This document shows, one piece after another, positions 48,501 through 58,990 of a stretch of DNA of 64,000 nt. The stretch lies in the IMG/VR virus record IMGVR_UViG_2926558313_000004, positions 72,969-136,968 of that record; one strand, 5' to 3'. Under the pieces are notes generated by a model, which had not been told where the DNA came from, searched no databases, and worked only from the letters and a program-made list of their open reading frames with translations. Source of the stretch: a virus. Its lineage: Duplodnaviria > Caudoviricetes. The number at the start of each line of letters is the position of its first letter. Position 1 is the first letter of the stretch. A program made the translations under genes and the position numbers.

Positions 48501-51500
48501 AGAGAACTTGGAGTTACCAACATAAATGATCCTGAACAAAACATTATGGCAGGAACTAAATACCTCGCACAGCAACTTGAAAGATTTAGCGGAGATATCG
48601 AAAAAGCATTAGCTGCTTACAATGCGGGTCCCGGCAATGTTCAGAAATGGGTTAATAATGGTCAATGGGGTAATATACCGTTTAAGGAAACTCGAAATTA
48701 CATTCCAAAAGTCTTAAATGAATACGGTAAATTTAATAATAATTCATCCTCTACAAGCGGAGTCTCTAATGATGTAGCCTCATATTATCTTAATAATTTC
48801 CGTCAAACTTCTCAGTTTGGTATGCGTAATGGACGTATGCACAATGGAATTGATCTCGCCCCAATGGAAAGAGGTAAACAAGGCGATCCAATTAAGGCTC
48901 TTATGGGTGGAGTTGTCAAATCAGTTGGTTATCAAAAAGATGGAGCTGGCTATTATATTACGTTAGAGCATATGGATGGTTCAGTAACTAAATATTTCCA
49001 CCTTATGGAAATGCCTAGTTTAAAAGTTGGTCAACAAGTACAAGGTGGTCAGCAAATAGGTAAATTAGGAAACACTGGACGCTCTTCAGGTGCTCATCTT
49101 CATCTTGAATATTTGCAAAATGGTAAAGCCGTCAACCCTTTACCCGTTCTTCAGCAAATAGCACAAGGCGGAGGCGATTTTGCCCAATATCAACAAGGTC
49201 TTGCTAATCAAGCCCAAACAATTGAAGATTTAAAAGTTCAAGAACATCAGCTATATTTGCAGCAGCAAAAAATTCAAGAAGATTATTTAAATGGTTTAAT
49301 TGAAAATCACAATCGTTCAATAGAAAGATTAGAGCGTTCAATTCAAGAACAGCAGAACATTATCGACCAAAATCCAGAAGGCTCAGCAGCCCGCAACCAA
49401 GCATTAAATCAAATTAACTACCTTCAAAGCTTAATTGATAAGGAATTAAATGAAATCCAGTATAAGGCTGGACAATACTCAAACAGAACAGATATTTCTG
49501 AACAAGGTAGATATGATTTTGCCGTACTTCGTGATGAAACTCGACTACGCAGACAAGGTATAACCATAGAGCAAGCTGAACGTAATGCCACACGCACTGA
49601 AGAAAAAGTTACTCAGCTACAAGGATTAATTGAACAGCAAAACCGATCCCTTCAACACGTTGAAAATGAATTAAACAAATTAGATCCCTACTCTCCTGAA
49701 TATCGTGAAATGTTAGATGATCGACTTAAACACGAAAATGAAGCTCTTCGTCTTATGAATCGAATTAAAGAAGAATATACTAAAGCGATTGAATCAGGAA
49801 AATTAACTGAAGCTTCAATTAATCAATTTAAACAAGCGTTGTCGGATACGAACTTAGAAATCGAAGAACAATCTCGTTTAATCAAAGAAATAGATGAACT
49901 TTTTGCAGAGAGTGTCATTGGTGAATATAATCGAGAATTAGATAAACTCTCTTACCAATATGACTTATCAACAAAGACAATGGCTTTATACAAAGAAGGC
50001 TCAAAAGATTACATGCTTGAACTGAGCAAGCAAGCGAGTATAACAACGGAGCAAATCAATAAAGAAAAAGAATTACAACAAACCCTTCTTGAACTTTTAA
50101 GAACTAAAGATTTATCTATACAGAAGCAAGAAGAATATAATGAAATGATAAGAACTTCAGTTATTAGACAAAAAGAATTTCAACTCACTCTTCTAAACAC
50201 AAGAGAATATATTCAAAATCAAATTGCAGATCAATTAACTAAACAGCAAACTCAATATTTAGATACTTTGAAAAATAAGTATGATGAACTAAATAAAACT
50301 CTAGAATCATTAATTAAACCAGAGGATATATTTAATGCTAATGAATTTAAGCACAGCATCAATGAGATTATTTACGAACTAGAGCGAATTGATGGTCAAT
50401 TTAAGAAAAACGCCATGTTTGTAGAATCTGCATCTGGAGTATATAAAAATCTCGATCAAACGAGAAAATCAATTCTTGATATGGCAAACGCCATTGAAAA
50501 AATGGCTAATTCCACATCTAATAATCAGTCTGAATTAGAGAAAATGATTCGCTCGCAATCTCAATATGCCAATCAAATTAAAGATGAAATTGAACTTATC
50601 GATCAGAGAATTCGTCAAAGAGAGCTTGAACAGAAGAAAATTGAAGATTCTCTTCAAAATCAAATAGATCTCAGACAAAAAGAAATAGAGCAATTAGATG
50701 AACAATATCAAAAAGAAGATAGACTCAAACGATTACGTGATCTAGAAGAAGAAATGGATAAAGTGTATAACGATAGACGTTTTGAGTATATTGACGCAGA
50801 AGGAAATGTCATCCTTACCTATGACAGAGGTCGCTACAATGAATTAGTCAAACAACGTGACGAGATGCTTGAGCAATACGAGCGTGAAGATATTAAAAAA
50901 GCCCGTCAAGATGAAATTAATGAACTCCAAGAAAAGCTAAACAAAACGAGAGAAATTCACAGGGCAGAAATAAATGACATCAATCTTCAACGCAATGCTT
51001 TAAACACTTTATACAATGCTTTAGTTGCAAACACTAGAGATAAAATGGCTCAGCTTAAATCATTACAAGACCAACATCTCGAAGACACAAGAAAGAATTG
51101 GGATGACATTATTGAATCCGTCAGAGAAGGAACAATGACCTATTCTGAATTAATGAATAGCTGGTATGGATCTGCATTAGAAGAGATGAAGGACTTTGGG
51201 TTGGAAGTGGCTGAAGAAGTCAATAAAATAAAGGATTTATACAATCAATTATTTGAAGTTCAAGTTCCGGAGCCTCCAAAACAAAAGAGTGGTAGTAGCG
51301 GAAGTAGCAGTTCTAAAACTGGAAGTACCATCGGAAGAGTTATAGGTGGTTTTGTAGGAGGAGGAGCAGGTGGCGCTGTTGGTGGAGCAATCGGCGGCGC
51401 TATTGGCTCAATCAGAGATAAAATCACTAAAAAACATGATGGCGGCATTGTCGAGGGTGGAAAGCCAAATAAAGTCACACAATTGATGAATACCCTCATG

Positions 51501-51749
51501 AATGCTAATGCAGATGAGCAAGCAATTTTAGCATTGAAAAATGAATTATTCTCTCCTGAAGAAAATCTTACCAAATACGCTCTTCCTAACATGAGAAATC
51601 TAATGAGTAAGGTTACACCTAATTTAAGTTTACAACCACAAACAACTGAAACTCATTACCATATTCATAAAGACATCTTAGTAAAAGCGGATAATCCATA
51701 CGATATGCTTCAAGGTATTCGTACTTTTGTAAATACAAATAAAGGTTAA
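45591..51749 (+). CDS. Tape measure protein, exon 4, with SLT lytic transglycosylase and M23 peptidase (spliced total about 2654 aa)
   Basis: IQTESNFN...GAQGLMQLMP...AAYNAG...ETRNY; HNGID...GNTGRSSGAHLH; long coiled coils. Confidence 0.92.
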   Translation, partial: NSLKTIFSRITTMDGSIDALNSVGIAVHNMEGDVRPVANILDELGSKWSSLNSQQQQSIALQIAGRYQLSRFLVLMNNHSRAIEATNTAMNSAGSGMRENEQYLQSLEARINRFKNSWTEMAITVGDAFLSDGIVAFSETMATILSSSSDIISVIGFLPPALGAATVATVALNSSMRTNITTAAAQAGTLTTLRGIISGVGASATATGAALATMGRFMIGALPPVALIMLGSFALEKLFSAYMKNREEVRQLEQEMNKSTEAIRSQGDTVDELANRFQELEKLKQTTGLTNEQEEEFVSLQNQLAEILPTVASGLDEKGNKLIESSDLLQQEIDLLKEKIELEKEQNRLNLDSNINSLQLDIDKEINNIDKLKKHVIFYEEEISRLQNDNTASAFDIEWNQLQLFATKQKIIEAEQKILNLNKQIGQTVADTVEDASNLSNLDFDWISEIKKNGFDGIDLNNDELIKFTKTLSSIRKSFGEAFSTDQLKTFSQEQLQILSHMSVNLQNGTKDFSDWTDALKNAGFSSDDAESAISALNRAVEETAHVQEMVDLGVFRDLEGTIPVKTTKEYNEVIEEGIPLYIEVDGVMQELTDTLDSQSESIDLTEKSFEELTQYIAEKTNPTLSDYMALASATSDELDILSSAHKELITDGKLSQSSLDKLIEAYPDFIKVTGLSTDKMLEFITASKQQRMQAIRDQKEMTRATIEETEKRIAEMQKEIDAMGARTLAQIRSYNAQITSLRNALSNTTDRSEQERLSNEITRISGVIYDLNTAFQEQHTILSDLKKENEEATNSYTYLDYAVNDLAESYHKNTEANDKNNKSQKDSIYLANKREEAIKALNRELTRQQNAQNNLLKGSQRWLKAKQEEINLTQKLREELANQRAELEKLQNAGIVQQSGVVNSSSMNGGSSSSSYSGQYATYINKAAAQYGIDPNLIAAVIQTESNFNSNARSSAGAQGLMQLMPATARELGVTNINDPEQNIMAGTKYLAQQLERFSGDIEKALAAYNAGPGNVQKWVNNGQWGNIPFKETRNYIPKVLNEYGKFNNNSSSTSGVSNDVASYYLNNFRQTSQFGMRNGRMHNGIDLAPMERGKQGDPIKALMGGVVKSVGYQKDGAGYYITLEHMDGSVTKYFHLMEMPSLKVGQQVQGGQQIGKLGNTGRSSGAHLHLEYLQNGKAVNPLPVLQQIAQGGGDFAQYQQGLANQAQTIEDLKVQEHQLYLQQQKIQEDYLNGLIENHNRSIERLERSIQEQQNIIDQNPEGSAARNQALNQINYLQSLIDKELNEIQYKAGQYSNRTDISEQGRYDFAVLRDETRLRRQGITIEQAERNATRTEEKVTQLQGLIEQQNRSLQHVENELNKLDPYSPEYREMLDDRLKHENEALRLMNRIKEEYTKAIESGKLTEASINQFKQALSDTNLEIEEQSRLIKEIDELFAESVIGEYNRELDKLSYQYDLSTKTMALYKEGSKDYMLELSKQASITTEQINKEKELQQTLLELLRTKDLSIQKQEEYNEMIRTSVIRQKEFQLTLLNTREYIQNQIADQLTKQQTQYLDTLKNKYDELNKTLESLIKPEDIFNANEFKHSINEIIYELERIDGQFKKNAMFVESASGVYKNLDQTRKSILDMANAIEKMANSTSNNQSELEKMIRSQSQYANQIKDEIELIDQRIRQRELEQKKIEDSLQNQIDLRQKEIEQLDEQYQKEDRLKRLRDLEEEMDKVYNDRRFEYIDAEGNVILTYDRGRYNELVKQRDEMLEQYEREDIKKARQDEINELQEKLNKTREIHRAEINDINLQRNALNTLYNALVANTRDKMAQLKSLQDQHLEDTRKNWDDIIESVREGTMTYSELMNSWYGSALEEMKDFGLEVAEEVNKIKDLYNQLFEVQVPEPPKQKSGSSGSSSSKTGSTIGRVIGGFVGGGAGGAVGGAIGGAIGSIRDKITKKHDGGIVEGGKPNKVTQLMNTLMNANADEQAILALKNELFSPEENLTKYALPNMRNLMSKVTPNLSLQPQTTETHYHIHKDILVKADNPYDMLQGIRTFVNTNKG

Positions 51750-51753
51750 GTTC

Positions 51754-51783
51754 AGGGGTGGTTAACACCCCTTTTCTCTTTTT
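51754..51783 (+). terminator. Intrinsic terminator
   Basis: AGGGGTG-GTTAA-CACCCCT followed by T-rich tract. Confidence 0.6.
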
Positions 51784-51798
51784 GAAAGAGGTGAAAGA

Positions 51799-52851
51799 AT
51801 GAATATTAATAAACCTTTTAATATTAACTTAAAAGGTGGAAATTTTGATTTTAACGAATCTCGACGGATTACTTGGCAAGTGTCAGGAGCAATTCAAACA
51901 AGTTTTGCCATTAACATCTATAGAAATGATACAGACAATTTAGTATGGTCACTCCCCCAAACAAATAGTTACAATCAGAACTATACTTTAGCTGCCGGAT
52001 CAATAGCGAACGGTTATGAATATAAAATCCAAATTCAAGTGTGGGCTGAAAATGGTTCTACTGCTTCATCATATGCGGAAGTATTCAGAGCATCCACAAA
52101 GCCAACGGTTAATATTACTACAACTGGTATTATCAATAATGCATCTGCTCTTTTCGAAGCTGAATATTCTCAAATTGAAGGAGTGTCAATGCGCTCCTAT
52201 CAGGCTTTTCTCTATAATTCAGCAGAGGTATTGATTAACTCCTCCCCTATCTTAACCGGACTACCTTTGCAACACTTGTTCACTGGTTTACAAAGTGATA
52301 GTACATATTATATTGAATTTCAGGCAACCAGCAATTACGGATTAATTGGCGCAAGTGGGAAAATACAGTTTAATGTTTTATATGGTCAACCGACCATTAA
52401 CATATTACCTGTAGCAGAGAATATACCCGAATTAGCTGCTGTTCGCTTAAGTTGGAATGTTCTACAGATTATAGCTAAGCCCATATGCGAAGATGAAGAA
52501 ATGATATTTCTGGATGATCCTAATGATATAAATAATAAAATGTTAGATTTGCGTGATAGCTGTGGAATTTATTTTGATGAGGGATTTCGATTAGACAAAA
52601 ATGGAACAGTTAGCTTATGGCTAGAGAAGCCTACACATAAGCAAAATTTATTAATTTTACGTGGGCAAACTGGAGAATTCAGATTGCAATATAATGATAT
52701 TTATGAGTGCTTTTTCCTATATAAAATCAAGTTTTTATCTGGACTTCGCACCTTCTGGGCAAGTAATAAAGTAGAAAGAAATAAGCGATATTACGTTGAG
52801 TTTAGACAAATAAATAATGATGTTGATTTTAAGGCATTAGCCTTAGATTGA
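51799..52851 (+). CDS. Tail-tip protein with fibronectin/Ig-like domains
   Basis: FN3-like patterns (GLQSDSTYYIEFQA); directly after the TMP. Confidence 0.6.
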   Translation: MNINKPFNINLKGGNFDFNESRRITWQVSGAIQTSFAINIYRNDTDNLVWSLPQTNSYNQNYTLAAGSIANGYEYKIQIQVWAENGSTASSYAEVFRASTKPTVNITTTGIINNASALFEAEYSQIEGVSMRSYQAFLYNSAEVLINSSPILTGLPLQHLFTGLQSDSTYYIEFQATSNYGLIGASGKIQFNVLYGQPTINILPVAENIPELAAVRLSWNVLQIIAKPICEDEEMIFLDDPNDINNKMLDLRDSCGIYFDEGFRLDKNGTVSLWLEKPTHKQNLLILRGQTGEFRLQYNDIYECFFLYKIKFLSGLRTFWASNKVERNKRYYVEFRQINNDVDFKALALD

Positions 52852-52864
52852 AAGGAGATGAAAA

Positions 52865-54841
52865 ATGGTTCCTTATAATTTTAGAGGTAACTATAATTCC
52901 TCTTATGACTATGAAAGATATGATGTAGTTTTATATAGACCAGACGAAGATTCTTCACGGAGAATCTTTTTTTGTTTGAATCAGAACAGCTCAAGTGATC
53001 CTCAAACTCCAAATATCAATGCAGATACAGACTATTGGGCAATACTCAACGATGGCTCTCAATTCCCTAATAGTGTAGATACATTTAATTTACAGTCAAC
53101 AATAACGAATAGTGATAAACCAAAAGTTCAGAGGTATTTTGAATTATCTGCTATGACAAGTAGGACTCCTGAACTAGATGATGAACTAGATCAGTTAACA
53201 GGAGAAATTAGAAATAAGCTACTTTTACCACAGGATATCAATAAAATTCAAGAAGCTGTTCAAAACTTGCAGATGTTTTTATTGAGTGAAATTGTGGGTT
53301 ATTTGAAGGAAAAACAAGATGAATGGAATGCAACACTTAATGAATTTAGGGATCGTGGAGCTTATGTAAATTCTACTCAATATTACAAATGGAATACTGT
53401 TCAATATATGGATCAAACATATATGGCTAAACAAGATACACTTGGAAATTTACCAACAAACTCTACTTATTGGCAATTGATTGCTAAAAAGGGGTTACAA
53501 GGTGATTCGGGTGAAAAAGGCGATGATGGTATTGATTTGGTATTTAAAGGGGCTTATGACCCTTCCTATATTTATGAAACTAATCATGCCGTTGAGTATT
53601 TGGGTTCTGTTTATAAATGTACCTCACAATCAATTGGCAATGTTCCTACAGATGAGAACTTTTGGGAATTATTCGTATCTAAAGGAGCAAGTCATCGTCT
53701 AATTGTGCGTACTAATTCGGTCACTCTTGATCAGACGGAATCAGTCGTCTACATACAAATTCCTGAATTTAACGCTTCAACAGATACTTTACTTGTTTCT
53801 CAAAATACAACCGTATTAACCAGAGGCGTACATTACACTCTAAATGGCAACGTATATATTCAAAAAACAAATGGTACATGGGATGAAGGTACAAGATTTA
53901 CATTTTGGGTATTTAAAAATGCTTATGAAACAGTTATCTACTCCGATGGAACTTTAATTGAACATGGCTCGATTGGTAATGAACAGTTGAATAGCGATAT
54001 AAAAATTGGTTCATTACAAGAATTAGAAACCGAATATAAAGATGACATAGTCGGCGCAATTAATGAAGTAAAAGTAAATCTAGATGAAACTAATGATAAT
54101 GTCTCTAGTTTGAACCAAGATTTAGAAGATCATATTAATACATTTGCTTCAACTACTCAGCGAGGTCATGTTTTACTAAGTGACTCGACTACTAGTGATT
54201 CATCTGAAACAGGTGCAACATCTAAAGCAGTAAAATCCGCTATGGATCGTGCCGATGCAGCTTTTACGTCAGCCAGTAATGGGAAAAATCAAATTGCTAC
54301 CGCCATTACTGGAAAAGGTGTACCAGCGAGTGGTAGCGATACATTTACTCAACTAGCAAATAAAATTGAACAAATAGCCACAGAATATGCCAAGAGTAGA
54401 GTCCTATTAGATAATGTAAATCAACTTCCTATAGTTAATGAATACTGGGAAATGGGACTATATCACAGAGTAGGCTCGATATCAATGAGTGATACAAGTT
54501 TTTCCATAGCTATTCACAATGATTACGTTCCAGTTAGTACTGTTGTTAGTAAAGAAAGAATAGATTTAAATGGAATAAATTCAATCTTTATCTACATGAA
54601 TACAGATAGCACTATAATGGGTAGAGCTGGAATGATTTCTATTTCGGATAACAAGTCTACTGGAGTAAATGACTTTATCAGGCAATGGAGCGTTGAAGAA
54701 TATACTGGAAGTATGCAACTTATGATATTGGATGTTTCAGATATAAATGGTAGTCATTATATTAAATTCGGCTATGAAGATCCACCTAGCAGTAGTGGAT
54801 CTTATTGGAGAATGCGTATTAATGGAGTTTATCTAGTTTGA
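52865..54841 (+). CDS. Tail fibre / receptor-binding protein
   Basis: Repeated GAY...W modules, short collagen-like GxxG stretch, fibre repeat ASTTQRGHVLLSD...ATSKAVK. Confidence 0.75.
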   Translation: MVPYNFRGNYNSSYDYERYDVVLYRPDEDSSRRIFFCLNQNSSSDPQTPNINADTDYWAILNDGSQFPNSVDTFNLQSTITNSDKPKVQRYFELSAMTSRTPELDDELDQLTGEIRNKLLLPQDINKIQEAVQNLQMFLLSEIVGYLKEKQDEWNATLNEFRDRGAYVNSTQYYKWNTVQYMDQTYMAKQDTLGNLPTNSTYWQLIAKKGLQGDSGEKGDDGIDLVFKGAYDPSYIYETNHAVEYLGSVYKCTSQSIGNVPTDENFWELFVSKGASHRLIVRTNSVTLDQTESVVYIQIPEFNASTDTLLVSQNTTVLTRGVHYTLNGNVYIQKTNGTWDEGTRFTFWVFKNAYETVIYSDGTLIEHGSIGNEQLNSDIKIGSLQELETEYKDDIVGAINEVKVNLDETNDNVSSLNQDLEDHINTFASTTQRGHVLLSDSTTSDSSETGATSKAVKSAMDRADAAFTSASNGKNQIATAITGKGVPASGSDTFTQLANKIEQIATEYAKSRVLLDNVNQLPIVNEYWEMGLYHRVGSISMSDTSFSIAIHNDYVPVSTVVSKERIDLNGINSIFIYMNTDSTIMGRAGMISISDNKSTGVNDFIRQWSVEEYTGSMQLMILDVSDINGSHYIKFGYEDPPSSSGSYWRMRINGVYLV

Positions 54842-54881
54842 ATTAAAAAAATTCAATAAATCTAAAGATGTTAATAAGGAG

Positions 54882-55793
54882 GTGATTCATATTCCAGTAT
54901 TAGGTTTTTCTGCATACGGATATAACACAGAATATGAATCCCCTACTTCACCAGTAAGGGATTTTTATTATGGAGAAATGAACCATGCTATTTTTGATGA
55001 GATTCACATTAGAGAGCGTGTAGATGTACCATTCACTTCTCAAAAAAACACATGGCAATTAGACACACGGCTACTTGGAACTTTTAAAGATACTCTAGAA
55101 ATGGGTAATATTTTTGCAAGCGGCTTAGAAATAGTTGACATCATCATTAAGCGTAGGGAAATAACAGAAACAGTTGATACTGTATTAGATGTAATTCCAT
55201 TTAAAAATGATGAGCGCATGGTGTGGACAGATCATACACAAGGCAATAGAACTTATATTTATTCTATCGTACCTAGAGCTGAGAATGGTTTGGAAGCTAA
55301 ACCTAATTCAGTTGAAATTACTAGCGATTTTGTTGGTTATTATCTTATTGATCATGATGGAATAGGAAATCCAAATGAAAATCATGTAGTAGCCTTTAAT
55401 CAATCATTAGAAAGTTCTTTACAATTTGCATTACAGCTAAATCAAGGTCGGACTGAACTGGAAACAATGACTAAATATAGACGTGTTTTCTATACCTCTG
55501 AAAGCTACCACACTTTTCAGCTACAGGGAGCCTTCATTCCTGAAGAATGGGAAAGAAGCGGTCAAATGTATGAAAGGTTTTTAAATAATATGATTTATAA
55601 ACATAAACCATTAATCATAAAGGGATCTGATGGTTTATTGTTCGTTGCTGATATTCATTCCCCGCAAAGAGAAGTTCCACAAAACGCTTATACTGGTTAT
55701 GATTACTACACTTTAACCGTTTCTGGAATGGAGAGTTATGATTACAAGCAATTTTTAGAAGATAATAGTGGACTTGAAAGGAGTGAATCTTAG
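54882..55793 (+). CDS. Putative distal tail protein
   Basis: Position in the tail-tip module. Confidence 0.5.
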   Translation: MIHIPVLGFSAYGYNTEYESPTSPVRDFYYGEMNHAIFDEIHIRERVDVPFTSQKNTWQLDTRLLGTFKDTLEMGNIFASGLEIVDIIIKRREITETVDTVLDVIPFKNDERMVWTDHTQGNRTYIYSIVPRAENGLEAKPNSVEITSDFVGYYLIDHDGIGNPNENHVVAFNQSLESSLQFALQLNQGRTELETMTKYRRVFYTSESYHTFQLQGAFIPEEWERSGQMYERFLNNMIYKHKPLIIKGSDGLLFVADIHSPQREVPQNAYTGYDYYTLTVSGMESYDYKQFLEDNSGLERSES

Positions 55794-57043
55794 TGATTTC
55801 TGCTCCTTCTGATTTTCTTTCTTCGATGAGCGCTTCTAAGGTGTTTATGCATATTAAATTAGAATTCTATGATTCACAAATGAATTATATTGACGAATTC
55901 ACAAAATACCTTACTACTGATGACTTAGGGTTCTTATCAATAGATAAGAACCGCCCTATTCGCAGATCTTTTTCATTAACATTTGATAACAGTGATAACA
56001 TTTTTGATTTTGGTGATGATAAGTTAGTTTGGCTGGATAAAAGAATGAAATTATATATTGGTCTTGAGAATCGCAATAAAGAAGTCATTTACATTCCGCA
56101 AGGTGTCTATTTAATTTCTGAGCCAATGCAGCAACATACACCTCAAGGTAAAATAGTCACTATTAATGCAATCGATAAAATGGCTTTGTTCACTGATAAA
56201 CGTGGTAAATTTGTAAATAATTACACCATAGAAGAAGGTGTTTTAATTACAGATGCCATTAAAGCAATTGCCTCACAAGGTCAATTTGGAGTAGCTGAAA
56301 CGCTATTTAACTTTGATGAATTAGAAGATAAGGATGAAGATTTTACTTACACTGATGCCGATGGATTAATTCATAAGCGAAATTATGCAAGAGTCCCATA
56401 TGAGCTGACTTTTGAGGGAACTGATAATCGTTACAATGCATTAGAAGAATTAGCTAAACTCGCTAATTGCACTATTTTTTATGATGAATACGGATATTTA
56501 AGACTAAGAAAAATTGATATTAATGATATGATGAACTCTTCTTCAGTTTGGACATTTTATTATGGAGATGATAATGAAAGGTATTATGCAGGTACGGTTA
56601 GAACCCTGTCAGAAGAGAGTATCGCAAATCATATACGTGTTCTAGCCGGAAGCTCAGAAACAGCTAGTTATTTTTATGATTTAGAAGTAAATGAAACTGA
56701 GCCATTATGGGAAGGAAACCCCTACTCTGTTCAGAGAATAGGCAGATATAGTTATTTTCATAATAATGGGAGTCCCGATCCAGTATTGTTAACACTAGAA
56801 GATTGTATTAATCGTGCAAAATATGAATTAATGAATCGACTTGGTTATACAGAGAGAGTACAGTTAACGCTCTCCCCTCATTTTTTATTGGATACTGGAG
56901 ATATTATTGAAATTGAAGATGTTAATTCTGGGGTGACGGGAAGATATTTAATTGAATCTATTAGTATGCCTCTGACTCCACAGATGATGACTATTGAGGC
57001 AAAAAAGGAAAATTTAGTTATATCTGACTGGGACTTCATTTAG
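55793..57043 (+). CDS. Putative tail hub (Tal-like) protein
   Basis: YIPQGVY, IFYDEYGYLRL, LDTGDII...GRYLIESIS patterns. Confidence 0.6.
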   Translation: MISAPSDFLSSMSASKVFMHIKLEFYDSQMNYIDEFTKYLTTDDLGFLSIDKNRPIRRSFSLTFDNSDNIFDFGDDKLVWLDKRMKLYIGLENRNKEVIYIPQGVYLISEPMQQHTPQGKIVTINAIDKMALFTDKRGKFVNNYTIEEGVLITDAIKAIASQGQFGVAETLFNFDELEDKDEDFTYTDADGLIHKRNYARVPYELTFEGTDNRYNALEELAKLANCTIFYDEYGYLRLRKIDINDMMNSSSVWTFYYGDDNERYYAGTVRTLSEESIANHIRVLAGSSETASYFYDLEVNETEPLWEGNPYSVQRIGRYSYFHNNGSPDPVLLTLEDCINRAKYELMNRLGYTERVQLTLSPHFLLDTGDIIEIEDVNSGVTGRYLIESISMPLTPQMMTIEAKKENLVISDWDFI

Positions 57044-57053
57044 GTGATGGATT

Positions 57054-57431
57054 ATGGATAACAATCAAACAAATAAATTAATGTTCCAATCAGAAATAGT
57101 GGATTTAATTCAAGAGCTAGTAAAAGATGAAATTAAAAAACAGAAACTTCATTCTACTGAGCACTTTGGTAGAGTAGAACGAGTACTAGGAACGAATAAG
57201 CTTAGAGTTTATATTGATGGGCAACGTCAAAGCCAAGTAATCAGAGCTAATCCTGATGTTAACTGGAAAATTGGCGATGAGTGCCACATTATGTTTAAGA
57301 ACGGAAATCCTCTTGATAAAGTAGCTTACATGAGAAAAAAAGATAATCGAAGTTTTCTATTAGATGAAAATATATACACCGTAAATATGCAAGTTGTAAC
57401 AGATAGAAATGGTAATGAGCTAAAAATATAG
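57054..57431 (+). CDS. Tail-tip/spike-like protein
   Basis: OB-fold-like GRVERV...IGDEC pattern; position. Confidence 0.45.
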   Translation: MDNNQTNKLMFQSEIVDLIQELVKDEIKKQKLHSTEHFGRVERVLGTNKLRVYIDGQRQSQVIRANPDVNWKIGDECHIMFKNGNPLDKVAYMRKKDNRSFLLDENIYTVNMQVVTDRNGNELKI

Positions 57432-57446
57432 AAAGGAGGTAACTAA

Positions 57447-58310
57447 ATGGCTTTTCACAAAGATTTAAGGGGTGAAGATCTTCATTTTTCACGAATCTTG
57501 GTAGGTACGGTGTCCCCTGTTGGGTTTGTTAAACCTGATATTGATGGTGAGATTTATTATGACTTGAGTACAAGGTCATTATATATTAGCACAGGAACTA
57601 ACACAGATGATTGGTCTGTAGATAAGGTTGGTCTACTTAATCAATTAACTACTTCTCAAAAAGCTTCAATTGTATTAGCAATCAACGAATTAAAGACCAC
57701 AACTGATAACAAGCTAGATTCAGTTCAATTCATAGAACATGCTAATAACAATGAGATTCATGTAACGCAAGAAAAACAGGATTACTGGGATAGTAAAGCT
57801 GAAGGTGTTCACACCCACACTGAATCCGACATTGTTGATTTAGATAAATACACTCGTTTAGAAACTGATAGCCTACTTAATGAAAAGGCAAATTTAATTC
57901 ATGTACATAAAGAAGAGGACATTACTGATCTAGATAAGTATAGTCGTCAGGAAGTTGATGATTTCCTTCATGATAAGGCAAATCTTGTTCACACACATGT
58001 TGAAGCAGATATTTTAGATCTTGATAAATACACAGTAAAAGAAGTGGACGACTTACTTCAGCAAGTCTATGACTTAATTGGTGACTTCAATGACATTACT
58101 CAAATGGAGTATGATGACTTTCATAATTTAGTTGATGCAATTAACCACGCATTAGAATTATCTAGAAACGCTGCTCCCCTATTACATACTCATTTGGAAT
58201 CGGACATTACTGACCTCGATAAATATAGCCGTGAAGAGACAGATGAGTTATTAAATGAATTAAGAACTGAAGTAAGCAATAGAACATCATGGGAGGAATT
58301 TCATTTATAA
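57447..58310 (+). CDS. Tail-fibre-like protein with 30-aa HxH repeats
   Basis: Four copies of HxHxExDIxDLDKY. Confidence 0.65.
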   Translation: MAFHKDLRGEDLHFSRILVGTVSPVGFVKPDIDGEIYYDLSTRSLYISTGTNTDDWSVDKVGLLNQLTTSQKASIVLAINELKTTTDNKLDSVQFIEHANNNEIHVTQEKQDYWDSKAEGVHTHTESDIVDLDKYTRLETDSLLNEKANLIHVHKEEDITDLDKYSRQEVDDFLHDKANLVHTHVEADILDLDKYTVKEVDDLLQQVYDLIGDFNDITQMEYDDFHNLVDAINHALELSRNAAPLLHTHLESDITDLDKYSREETDELLNELRTEVSNRTSWEEFHL

Positions 58311-58327
58311 GGAAAGGAGGGAAATGA

Positions 58328-58990
58328 ATGGATATAAAGTTTAAAGCCTTATTGCAGTCTAACCTATCTGCTTCAGAAGAGTCAGGTACTATTTCATTTA
58401 CAGATGAAGGTAGATTATATATAGCTACATCCTCTGAAGAAGATAATCAACTAGAAATAACAAATTTAATTTTTACTGAGTCGTTACCTGAAACGGGATT
58501 AAAAGATAAATTGTATTTAAATGTATCAGATAACACAATTAGCTATTATGATCATGTAATTAATAAATGGACTCAAGTTATCAATCAAATAGATTTAAGT
58601 GATTATTATACAAAAGAAGAAATAGATAATATGCTTATTTCAACTGGAACCCAATATAAAGACATGGTGTTTATGTTAGGTGATGAACTTGAGACTGGAG
58701 TTCAACCTTATACAGAGCACCTATTTTTTTATGCGGGAACAATCGAAAAAATTTATGTAACGACGGGTTTGGAGTCAGCAAATACTTCAAATCTAATCTT
58801 TTCTCTACAAAAGCGAGTGGGAACTTCTTGGGTAAATGTTGATGTAATGGAACTTCAATTAGATGAGTTTTCAAAGGTATTTGATGTTAATGAACCCATC
58901 AATAATCAAAGACTTCGTATTAATCTAATCAGTGGTGATTACGCAAACGTTACAAATATGACTTTAATCGCTCATATAAAAATAAATTAA
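58328..58990 (+). CDS. Hypothetical virion protein
   Basis: DLSDYYTKEEID fibre-associated motif. Confidence 0.6.
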   Translation: MDIKFKALLQSNLSASEESGTISFTDEGRLYIATSSEEDNQLEITNLIFTESLPETGLKDKLYLNVSDNTISYYDHVINKWTQVINQIDLSDYYTKEEIDNMLISTGTQYKDMVFMLGDELETGVQPYTEHLFFYAGTIEKIYVTTGLESANTSNLIFSLQKRVGTSWVNVDVMELQLDEFSKVFDVNEPINNQRLRINLISGDYANVTNMTLIAHIKIN

